64,000 nucleotides of DNA from Lama guanicoe (lineage: Eukaryota): positions 9,147,095 to 9,211,094 of the forward strand of contig MU054391.1 of NCBI GenBank assembly GCA_013239625.1. Direction: 5' to 3'. Under the pieces are notes generated by a model that worked only from the letters and a program-made list of their open reading frames with translations, did not search any database and had not been told where the DNA came from. Positions 26,001 to 37,045 of this stretch are shown here, one piece after another (within the stretch, counting starts at the first letter, position 1; the number at the start of each line of letters is the position of its first letter). The position numbers were made by a program, and so were the translations under genes.

Positions 26001-29000
26001 GCTGCGGACGACGCAGAATCCCCAAGGAGCTCAATGGCCAGGCTACTGTCCCTCCTGGAAGGACTGGAGCTCCCCAGACATACGGAACCACCACCAACTC
26101 CCCAAAGCACACTATTCCTGTTACCCCTTCTTGCCTTTTCCCATGTTCTGCTCTCTGCTGGGGAACTCCTTCGAGTCCTTGGGCAGCCCCACCACTAGGA
26201 AACCTCTGACTTTACCCACACTCCCACCGTCGACAAGCCCCTCCCGCTATCAGTTTGTTTGTTTTATGTTGCAAATCATAGGAAAACCAATTTAAATAAT
26301 GCGTCAACGATTTGGTTCACAGAATGGGAAGCCCAGAGGTGAAGCCGGCTTCCCGGTTGCCTGAAGCCCGTGCCTCGGGGTGTCTCTCTCCTGAACTCAG
26401 CCGTGTTCTCCTCTATGGGTGGAGTTCATTTTCAGGCTCACAGAGGCAAAATGGCTTTTTCAGAGGATCAGAGAGAGGGGGAAGCTGTACCCCAAATTTT
26501 CCATCACATTTCCGCTCACATCTCATTGACCTGAAATAGACCGTGAGGCCATGACAAAACCAGTCCCCATGGCCGGAAGACAGCTGTGTGTTGACTGATT
26601 AACATCTGGGTCACCCACACCAATTACGGTGGCAAGGCAGTAAGAGTTCTCTGATGAATTAGGCAAATCAGAGCCCGTTCCTGGAGCTGAGGACGGAGGC
26701 AATCCTCGAAACGTCACAGCTGCCCTACAAAGGGGAGAGTGTGGAAGAGATGTCGGCTGATCATTGGCTGATGCAACATAACCACAACATGGGACAGGAG
26801 CGCCCACTACCGCTCCGACCTTGACATGCCTGGCAGACAGCTGTCACTTCTGGATGCAAAATCTCCACATGGTCCAGGCTCCGGCCCACGGCCAGAGGGC
26901 CTTGTGATGCACAAACTCCCTTCAGGATATCCCCTCCATGCACAATCCTGTTCTCAAAAACATCAGGGATATTTGTCCCAAGCAATAGAAATAAGTAGAT
27001 CAGAAGCCTAACTGAATTATTTGGAAACTGTTCTATTTGCCTGCTGGTAGACTGGCCTCTGATGAGAGAAGTAAGTATTCTCCACAATGCCTGAGTGGGA
27101 GAGGTCACTTTTACTCTGTGACACACCGTGTGTCATACGGCAAGGAGACAGTCTCAGAATTGTCCCACATCCACTGACTTATTTCATGCAAAGGTTAAAG
27201 GAAAGACTCCTTGGCAAGCAACAGTTTCTGATCATGGAAGACAGAAGCCAGGACTGTGGGATTTTCCTGGAAAGAATGTGTGAACAATAAGGGAGCGAGA
27301 AAGACTCCAGGCGTGCAGTCCAGCCTGACCAGTGGCCTGGGAGAGTAAAAGGAACACCATGGTACGAGGTTAGGAGGCCTCCTGGGGGCTGGTCCTCTCC
27401 TTTATCAGCTCTTCCAGGGGAGGGGTCTTCAGAGTATTTGCAATTCTGAAAGATTCCACCCAGAAAGGGCAGGAAGAAGGCTGTACAGGTATTTTGAGTG
27501 CCTATTTTGTGCTCAGCACTGTGAGTTTGTGTGTTTCTGTGCCCCTCCCCCCCCCACATACACACTTTAATTTGTTATGTTGGTTCCCTTGTCCCTGAGT
27601 CTGTCTGTACATGTACCATATTTGCAAAGCTCTTCTCAGCAAAAGTTAAAAGCATTATCTTCCCTGATTTTTCAGTGAAGAAGGGGGGTCATGGTCATAG
27701 TCTTTGGCACCCAGAGAGGCTAGGCGTCATTATTTCTGTCTCATCCATTTCAAGAACAATTCTCAGCATCAGCTACGTACAAGCGTTCTGCCCGGTTGGG
27801 GCCACAGAGGGTCGGGGTACAGAAGTGATTATCAAGGAGCAAGGAACAGATAAACTATATGCCTATTCAACACGAACACATGGGGAAAAAAGGTGATATT
27901 GGCCTTAAAATTAGCTTTGAGGATCCCAAAGAGGGAGAGACAGCACTTCTGACTTCCGTGAAAAGAGGTCCTTTGGGCTGCTCCTTTACAGATAGGCAGG
28001 AAGTTGGCTGTGGATCCCTGGGGGCTGCGGGGAGTGGGGGAGCAAAGGCTCCTGGGTGGAATGCGCTCAGCGTGCCTGCGTGTTCCTGGTGTGGACACAT
28101 GGGAGAGCGCTGGGAAAGCGGAGAGGCACGCTGCCCTCGGACAGATCAGGCAGCCCCCATGGCGGCATTTCACACCTGGTTCAGGAAACGCCTCAGCAAA
28201 ACTCCGAAAAAGTGTTTTTGCCTTGTTTGTTGAGAACTTTTGCAGCCAGACTACCTGTCAGTAGAAAACCCCAGAAGGTCCCCTGTTCATTCCATCCAAC
28301 TCAGTATAGGCTTCCTGTGAGCGTCTGGCCAGCGCTCATTTAGTGGCGCTCCGGGTGCTTCCTTCATCCTGCACCATCTTGGAACCAAGGCTAATCCTCC
28401 TCTTACATCCTCACTGCAAGCCTCCCTCCCCTCCCCGGACCACTCCCTTTGTTCCCCATCGCCCCGCATCCCCCACTCCCTTGATCCAGGCCCTCCACTA
28501 GGCAGCCACACTTCCCACAGAAGCCAGAACAGCGACCTTTCTGACAATTGGTCTTGGCCATTTCATTTCCCAACTGAAAGCCATTTCAGGGCTCACTATT
28601 GAACAGAAATAGCTAATTAATAAGTTCAGTGTGTTCTGAAAGAGGGAGGTACTTCTGATGGAAATGGAACATCCCAGAAAATGTTCAGTCAAATTGATGT
28701 CTGTTCTAAATAATCACTAGAATCATTAGGTAAAGGACCTACAGGCAAAGACCAACCAGGAAGGGTGTTCTAAACAGGGAGCAGCAGGTGGAAGAGACTT
28801 GGGTCTCCCACGTTCAGGGAGCTCCAGGTGCTTAGAAACAGGGCAGCAGGGGCTAACAGGGATAAAGGTGAGCAGTGGGGCTGGGACCACAGCCAGGCCC
28901 CTGAACTCCGTAATCCGACTGTTAGAGCAGGCAGAGAGCTAGATGTGAGCAGAGAAAGAGGGACACAGGCCAGATGGCAGGAATTGGGCAGAAAGGAGGG

Positions 29001-29169
29001 GCACAGGCCAAATGCAGGAAACCACACATCATGTAAGCACCAGGGGTCCCTGAGCAGAGAGAAAAAAGCAGGAAGCTCTGGGCTGATAGTGGTCACACTT
29101 TTGAGGGGATAAGCAGCCTGGAGGCTGACAAAGAAAGATGGGAAAAGGTAGGAATCTCCAAAGTCTGAA

Positions 29170-30290
29170 TGTAACCGTTTGCTCATTATGCCTTCATTTC
29201 AATAAAATTAGCCTTGCAGATTAGAAGGCCCCATCATGCACAGACACCATGACACTTCTGATCCAGACTAAATAAGGACGAAAAGCCCTCCTCCCTTTGG
29301 GAAGGTGGAGTTGGGATGAAAATCAGGGCATACGACCCCAAACCCTTCTTTCCCCAATGAATATTCTGCCAATTTACACTCTATGTAATCAACTTGCCAA
29401 AGAAACTCAGGGCAGCCGCTCACCTAAGCCTGCCCGCTCTCCCCTTAGAGTGTACTATCCATCCCTTAATAAATCCAAGAACCTGGACGCCGGCTACATC
29501 TACCGGCCACACCACGATTCCAAAATGGTGAGACAGGATGGAAGGGGGCAGGGCACAGCCATTCAAGGAATAACACAGCAATTAACATCAAAATGGTGAA
29601 GTATTCAACCCCCAGTAGGCCTTGAGGCTCAAGATGGTGGGAGATTTGACTTCTAGTAGACCTTGAGCTTCATTATACGCTCTTTGTAATGTATTAACAT
29701 GGTAAATAACGTGCCCACAGGTGCCATGACAGTCCCAAGGTCTAGCCACAAAAGGTCAAAGAGTAGGAAATGGCCAACTTCCTGGGAATCCCAGCCCCTT
29801 CCCCAGGCTAGCTAGGCTGGTCCTTCCACTTATTACCATATGAAGCCACCAAACCCATAAAAATTGGCAACAGAGCACCTCATGGCCACAGCCACCGCCC
29901 TCTCTCTCTGTCTCCCCCTTCAGAGAAGGCCTGCACTCTGTCTATGGAGTGTGTACCTACTTTTACTCTAATCTAAGCACCTAACCCCCAAACCTCATGG
30001 CCTTTCTCTTGCCTTTCGATGCATCTCTCTAAGTACATCTACCTTTACTCAACTATGGTTCACTCTTGAATTCTTTCCTGCGCTAAGCCAAGGACCCACG
30101 CTTGGCAGGGCATGTCCCAGGGACTCAACCTAAGCCTCGGACATGGCCCTCCTCATGCTCCACATCTGTTTTTCCTGCATCAATGGCAGTGGTCGCATCT
30201 CACACACAACTAGTGTGAGAACTGCTCCTGTGAGTGGGCCTTCCACCACCTCAGGCCTCCTGTCCCCGGGTGCCTCCTGACCTCACATTC
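29170..30290 (+). mobile_element. Older LTR (probably ERV1), apparently split by the MER41-like LTR
   Basis: Begins tgtaacc; cttaataaatcc...ccaagaacctgg lies before the insertion; 3' boundary uncertain. Confidence 0.5.
29529..30182 (+). mobile_element. MER41-like ERV1 solo LTR
   Basis: TGAGACAGG...TTTCCTGCATCA; exact 4-bp TSD atgg (29525-29528, 30183-30186); MER41 hallmarks ccataaaaattggcaac, ctctgtctatggagt, tgaattctttcctgcg. Confidence 0.88.
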
Positions 30291-32911
30291 CTTGAATCTG
30301 TGATTCTTAGAATCGTATTCCTGCCTGCTTCCACTAGATCAGTCTCCACAGTGTTTCTATCTCACATCTAGGGCCTTTCCAGTACTTGATTACACGTCCC
30401 TCTAAGGTGGAGGCAGGGGAAAGGCTTTGGTGAGAGCTCCCTCTTTGAAGATGAGGGCATACAGAGGGCAAAAAGAGGAATAAAGTTCTATTTCTCAGGC
30501 GACCCGGGCAGGTGAAAACCATTTCTAAGAGCCTGGAGCAGAAGTGTCTATGATTCACAGAATAATGTCAGAGCCAGCCATCTGAGCCTCCCATGAAAAG
30601 AATTGCAAGGGAACTTGAGCTCCAAGGACAATTGCTCTGTAATGGGTTTCAGTGCTGAGCGCCATGGGCTTTCCAGATTCAAAAGAGAAGATTAAACCCC
30701 AAGGGTGTAGGAAGACAGTCACTGCCTATTTGTCAGGGAGAATAAGCCTGCCTCCAGCCCCACCTCCGACACACCAGCTTTCGGGACTGACCCCCACCAG
30801 GCCTGGTGGGGCTGGTTTTAGTACCCAGTCCAGCAGCTGTCTTTGTGTTTCAGTGATTCAGCGCCACGTAACTCGGCTCAGTGGGTTTTCATAAAGCCAC
30901 TGCCCTGGGCAGGGTCCTGTCCTGGGGTGAGGAGGCAGGGCTGGATGAGACATCTATTCGAACCTTCCAGGGGCTCAAATCCTAATCCAGAGGGACTCTA
31001 GACGTATCAGTAGGTTCCAGGTAAGTGGCCCTTTAAAGAATTTTCCAACCTAGTGCGGGGGGGGGGGAGTGCACCCCTCCCCAGCTCCAGGCCACCCCAG
31101 CTGCCAGGAATCCCAGGTCAAAACTCACCTCCCCCAGGGACGCCACCTCCACCTCCAGTGGGAGCAGCGAGACAGGCATTGAAAGCCTGACTCCTCCCTG
31201 GAGAGAAGCTGGGTGTTCCAGGAGGGAGACTGGAAGAGCTTAAGGGAGGGGGAAATTCTGAGGCCTGGGGACCTCTCTTTTCAAGCCACTAACGTCTTCC
31301 CACGTCGGAATTTAAAACCCAAGGCCCTTCAGAAGTACTCTTTCAGTTTTTCTGACACTATAATCCTAAGGCCTAAGCAAGGACCGTCATTACAACCTTA
31401 CAGACGAGGAAGCAGAGGCCTGGAGAGGGAGAAGGTCTCCCAGAAACACCTGGGCCTCTTCCTGGTACCCACAGTTGTTTCCCCAGCTGATCCTAGGAGC
31501 TGTCCTTAGTGGCAAATTTTATCGCCTGGGATGAGACCTGGAACACAGTGGGCACACAGGACGTGGTAGCTGGTCATAGGACCAGGTGAGGTAAGAAATG
31601 TGAAGCTTAGCAAAGGGTGGCATGCCTAGGGTCACATGCTAAGTAAGGATGGATGCACAGTTTCCATACAGGTCAGTTCTCTGCCCACAGGTCTTTCCCA
31701 GACTCCACAGAGAAGACACCACAGCCTTGCAGGCTAAGAAATCAGATGTCACCAGCCTGGGCAGTGTTCACTGACAGCTTACTCTTCCAGCATGGAAAGG
31801 AAACTCTTCCGTGCTTGTTAATAAAGCATCAATTAGAGAAAATTGCCAACAATTCCCAGAGCAGCAAGCTGCATCTCAGAACCTCTGGCAAGGAGAGAGA
31901 AGAGGCTTGCTTGATTTCCATAAAGACCGAAGTCCCCAAGCCCAGAAATGCCTAGTTGTCCAGTCCACCTGTAGGTGGCAGCACTTTTGAGCCCTTGATC
32001 GCTCTCTCTGGTGGTAACCAGACCTTCATGGCTCAATATTCTTGAAACGCTTAGCAAGGGTTGGACACTTGACCAGGCGCAGGAGATACAAAGGTGAACA
32101 ACTACAGAAACCCCATTAGCCCTCTTAGAGTGCAGTGGTAGCTTTGCCACCGAAGCCAGTTGACAAGTTCCTTGAGAACAGGGATCACGTCTCCTCCCTT
32201 CCGGAAGGTCCCCCAGGCCAGGCACCATCCTCGACACAAAGTAGTGGACTCAGGGCTTTGGTTGCCAAAAATCAGATCGCTCTGTGTTTGCAAGCCCAGG
32301 TTTCTGTCCTTAACAGGAGCTCTATGCTCCCTCCTTACTTGGCAGGACAGACACCAGGGCTCTGGCTGGGGACCACCATCAATAGAATGGAAACTGTAAA
32401 TCCAAGTCAGAAATACAAGCTCCCTGAACCTTGTTAGTCTGCAAGCTTCTCTCAAAAATTTATGCGTTTTTTAAATCTTAAAAAATTACATATTTTTTAT
32501 ATATATATACATATACATACACACCAAGATCCTATACATTTGGACAATAGCCAGGTACATTTACATCCATCATTTTATTTAACCCTTCCAACCCTTTGGT
32601 AATACACCAATATTCCTGTTTTGTAAAAGTGAAATAAAGGCCCAAAGAGATCCACGGACCTGCCAAATGTCACACCTAGCAAAGGGCACACAGGAATTCG
32701 GACCTAGGTCTCCAGGCTTTACTGCAAAACTCACTGCCTTGCATCTGAGCGACCTTCCCCCACCAAATACACATGCACATGCACACACAGCGCAGCACAG
32801 GACCTAGAAACGTGTGGTGAATCGATCCTACCCAAGGATGAATGAATGATGCTCAACTTTCTGCAGATTGCCACAGTTCCTGGCAAGCCTACTGCACGCG
32901 CTGGGGATGCA

Positions 32912-33125
32912 CCAGTGGTTAAGAACACAGGATTCGGAGCCAGGCTGCTTCCATCTATCCTTGGCCAAATGACCAACCTCTGTGTGCTCCATTTCCTCAT
33001 TCATACAATGGGACAGCAATTACATCCTCCTCTTGGAGTTGTGATGAAACGTAAATGAATTAAAATAGGTAAACCTAAGAGAATAGTGCCCGGGACATGG
33101 GTTGACTCATTAAATATAGGATGTT
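32912..33125 (+). mobile_element. MIR SINE
   Basis: cagtggttaagaacacagg...ctccatttcctcattcatacaatggg...ctcattaaatat. Confidence 0.8.
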
Positions 33126-33964
33126 TTACTACACAGTGGGCACGGCACTCCAGGTACGTTATCTCTCCCTCACCAACAATCCAGCAGAGTGCACAGCATC
33201 ACCCTTGTTTTTCAGGTGTGGGAGCTAACGCTCTGAAAGTTTAGGTCCCTTGACATAGGTTATGCAACTGGAAAAAGAGGGGAGGAACATTTTGACCTGT
33301 TCTGTGCTGGAGAACCACAGTCCCAAAGAACCAAGCCAAGGTGTGCACTCGAGTTCCAATTACCAGCAGAACAGGACAGAAAGTCTCACCTGAGTGACAG
33401 CCCTGACCCATCTCAGATGGAAACCTCCCCCAGAGGTCTTGGCTGATCTCCACTTCCTACCTCTTTGCTCTTCAGACATTTCATCTTCTCAAGGCTTCCT
33501 TTGCAAACCTGAGTAACAGGAAGCACCATTCTTCCAGCGCCAGCAGAAAGGGGACTCAGGAAGAATTTCCCAAGAGTCTCTGCTTCACTGTGATTGTTTT
33601 CTTGAAAGTGTCAGGGAGTTTGGATAACTCGGCTTGAAAATGCCCCCAGTGTTTGTCCCCACGCTAACACTCTTTCCAATCATCTGTGATTTATTCTTCA
33701 TTAGTAATGAAAGAGTCAGCAAACCCCATTCGGCATGCTTACCTGAACATCTGGAATGAAAAGCATGTCGAATGCATTCATTTTAATGTGCACATTTCAA
33801 ATTATGGATTTATGGCTATCTATCTTGTAATGCTTCATGGCTTTCAAGCTGGTCCTCATCAAAAAACACAACCTTTGGAAATTGTTTCAAACTCCAGCTG
33901 CCTTCTTTCTGCTACTACATCATCATCATCAAAATAATGGCTATTGAGGACCCATGCTATGAGT

Positions 33965-34250
33965 TCTTTTTTGAACTGAGGTATAATTTCCACACAATAA
34001 AATTTACCTTTGGAAGCATACAGGTGAATGAGCATTGACAAATCAATACATCAAATATTTTCACCCAAAAACATTCCTCTGTGCCCTGTGCAGTAATCTC
34101 CTTCCCCAGATCCCTGGCCCTGTCACTGAATTTCTGTCCCCACAGCTCTGCCATTTCTAGCACATCGTGTCAAAAGACTCATACCATTTTGTGGTCTCTT
34201 GTGTCAACTTCTTTCACTTGGCATGATGCTCCTGAAGTTCATCTTTGTTG
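33965..34250 (-). mobile_element. L1M (L1MB/ME-like) 3' UTR fragment
   Basis: tgaggtataattt, cttctttcacttggcatgatg...gttcatc. Confidence 0.7.
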
Positions 34251-34254
34251 GACC

Positions 34255-34420
34255 CACTAGCTCTTAAACTTCACCGAGCTTCCAAATCTCCTGGAGAATA
34301 TAAAAATGATTCAGGTGTGGTCGCACCACAAGAATCAAATTCATTTTGTCCAAGATGAGGGGAAGGTCTGTTTTAAAAGCTCCCAGGTGATTCCAGTGAG
34401 AATCGAGATTTAAGAAGCCC
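34255..34420. mobile_element. MER5-like MITE
   Basis: tgttttaaaagctcccaggtgattc. Confidence 0.5.
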
Positions 34421-34469
34421 CACCTGTGCCATGCCACCAGCCATTACACATGTATCAGTGCCCCATCCT

Positions 34470-34600
34470 CACCATAAACTTGAAAGGTGCTACTGTCCCA
34501 TTTTACAGATGAGGAAAACAAGGTTGGGGAAAAGATATTGTGCCTGAGATCACACAAATAATGATTGGAAAAGTGTGATTCAAACTCGAGCCCACACTCT
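34470..34600 (-). mobile_element. MIR SINE
   Basis: cccattttacagatgaggaaaacaagg. Confidence 0.8.
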
Positions 34601-34619
34601 CTCCTTCTCCTGTACTGCT

Positions 34620-34985
34620 TCAGGCTGAGAAAACCTCACACTGTGACAAAGAATCAGTTCTTGCACTCAAAAAAGGCCATGGAAAATTTTCACTTTAGGA
34701 AAAAAAACTACAAACTAGTTCCTGTTATTTGGCTGGCAGTGGGTGGAAAGCATCTAAACAATTTTCGGAGCATGATAACTAGGCTTCGTGCTCCAGCAGC
34801 ATAAAAATGGCTGAGCAGAAATTTACCAGTTTCAGGAGAAAAAAAAAATCACCTGGGGGCTGAGAACAAGCCTGGTAAATTTCAGCCCAAAGGGTGAAGT
34901 GAAGAATGTTCCAGGTTCCTGAGACACAGACTCGTAATAAAACACCTCTGCTTAATCACTATAGAGAAGTCGGTGCTATGGGACG
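34620..34985 (-). mobile_element. Probable MER121 ancient conserved repeat
   Basis: Minus strand acttctctatag...ttaagcagaggtgtttt, ggctgaaattt, aaaattttccatggcc match my recollection of MER121; internal 12-bp inverted repeat at 34818-34829 and 34872-34883. Confidence 0.65.
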
Positions 34986-35654
34986 GGCAGGCTGGTCGTG
35001 GAGGTCAAACTGGCCAGAAGTAAAATTTAAAGTTCCCTCCTGTCTTTGGTTTCTATATACGCACTGCTAACTCGGCTTGTCTGGGAAGAAGTTTCTCGCC
35101 GCGGTTTCTCTGAAAGAACAGAGTCCCCCAGACATTTTAGAATGAAGAACGGTCTCTTTCTATTTAGCTAACGGCTCAGGAACCATAGTTTTCAAATTAC
35201 ATTACTCAGATTCTTTGAAATTAGAAAGACTGTCACCCCTGACAACGTTTGCTTTAGCACATAGTCAGCACCAGGCGAGGGGCAGAGAACGCAGTTGGAG
35301 GTTTAGTTTTTTTGTATGTGTATTAGGTACTAGGATGACATACTTGCAATTTTTTTTTAAACCAGAGGAATGGCAACAAATGTCTGTTTTAATAAGTGAA
35401 CAGTCTCATCTTGACTGATTCATTTGTGATTGCAATGTGGCCAAACATCCCACAAGAGCCTTGAAAACCTCTGAGCAAGTCAGCGAGGGTGGCGGGGATC
35501 AGATATGAGGGGAGCATCTGAGGATGCGCAGGGACAGGACAGGCAGGGAGATGGAACTGTGCCCAGTCCCACCCCATCCTCAGAAGCCACTGAAGGGCAT
35601 TTGAAAAAGTCAGATCCCTGGGGCTTCCCCCAGAGACCGTGATCAGCAGGAGCT

Positions 35655-35790
35655 GGGTCGGGCACCTCCTGGGACTGCTGTAACCAAGTACCACAAACTG
35701 AGGGGCTCAGACAACAGAGACTTCTCTTACAGGTCTGGAGGCTGGAAGTCTGAGGTCAAGGTGTTGGCAGGGATAGTTCCTTCTGAGAGC
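35655..35790 (-). mobile_element. MaLR LTR fragment (MLT1)
   Basis: ctgctgtaaccaagtaccacaaactg...tctggaggctggaagtctgaggtcaaggtgttggcaggg. Confidence 0.8.
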
Positions 35791-36504
35791 TCCCCACTAG
35801 CCTCTGAGCAGATCCACTTTCTCAGAATAAAGGAGGATGGAGATTCAGAGGGTGGTGGGGTGGGTCTACTGAAGGTCATTACAAAGAGGACACATACTCA
35901 GTTGGACATAGGGGCCATCTTTGCTACTTCCTCCCCGGTGACCACAGTGAGGCCCAGAGATTGTTTTTACTCAGAAAGTGTCCTCTATGAGATGATGTTC
36001 AAGCACTGTGAAAGTTTGTTCTTATCCCTAAAGAGCTTTGCTATTCCAAAGACCAAATAAAATTGGACATCAGTGAATAACAGTTTCTTCTGTGTGACAA
36101 ATTCAAAGAAATGACATCTGCTCCTTCATCCAATAGACTTACATTCAGTTTTCTTGGAAAAGGACACAGGCAAAGATCAAGCATATATTGTGCACATGCT
36201 GAACAGCATGAGGGTGTTGTGGATTTGATAAAAAAAGAAGGAGAAAAAGGGGGAAAATGTACAACTATTATTAAGAGAATTATAAATATTTGCTGCAAAC
36301 AAAAAGCTTTTTTGTTTTTGTTTTTGTTTGTTTGTTTTTCTTAAAGGGAAGTTTCTAGCCAGGAAGAAACATATAAAAACTGCCTAAAATTAGAGTCTGC
36401 CATGCATTCTATATGTTACAGACCTTTGTGTTTTGTCTAAAAGCATAGTTACCGGGTTGGGTGGCTGTGCAGAATTCTGGGCCCTTCGCAATTCGGTCCG
36501 CACG

Positions 36505-37045
36505 TATGCCACAGTGATCATTGAAAGTGTAAATCAAATCATGTCATTTGCCTGATCAATACCCTTCAAGTGTTTCCAGTTACACCAGGAACAAAGTCCA
36601 AAGCCCTTGCTGAACGTGACCTCCACATGCTTCTCCAAGCCCCTCTGGTGCCACTCCTGCACTCACTAATGGTCCTCTAGCCGCACGACCAGCCCCTGCT
36701 CCTCAGACCCGTGGAGAGAGTCCCAGCCTCCAGCTGCTGCTCTTGTTCTGCCCTGGCAATGCCTTCAGCAGCTCCTCCAATCCTCAGGTCTCAGCATAGA
36801 TGCTGTCACCTCTGAACACCTCCCCATCACCACAGCCCCATCCTCAGCCCCTCGCCATCCTAGCCCCGGCTTGTTTTCTTCTCACTTATGCCACTTACCA
36901 TGACCTTGTTCAAGGCTTATGTCCTGGGTGACTCTGCTTCCTCTCTGTAGAGGGTGAGGAGTGTGAAGGCAGCATCCTGTCAGCCTCAGCTCCTGATGCA
37001 GCTAGACCAGATCTTTTCCCTGCTGGATGAATAAATGAAGGAGTG
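36505..37045 (+). mobile_element. L2 3' region
   Basis: aaatcaaatcatgtca...aaagtccaaagccc...caggtctcagc...tggatgaataaatgaa. Confidence 0.7.

Noticed and set aside
31129..31197. 69-nt minus-strand exon (ttctctccag|...GAG|gtgagt), open in phase 0
   Set aside because: The peptide GGVRLSMPVSLLPLEVEVASLGE is unrecognised and such splice-site pairs are common by chance; revisit only if the 39 kb/33.7 kb transcript is confirmed
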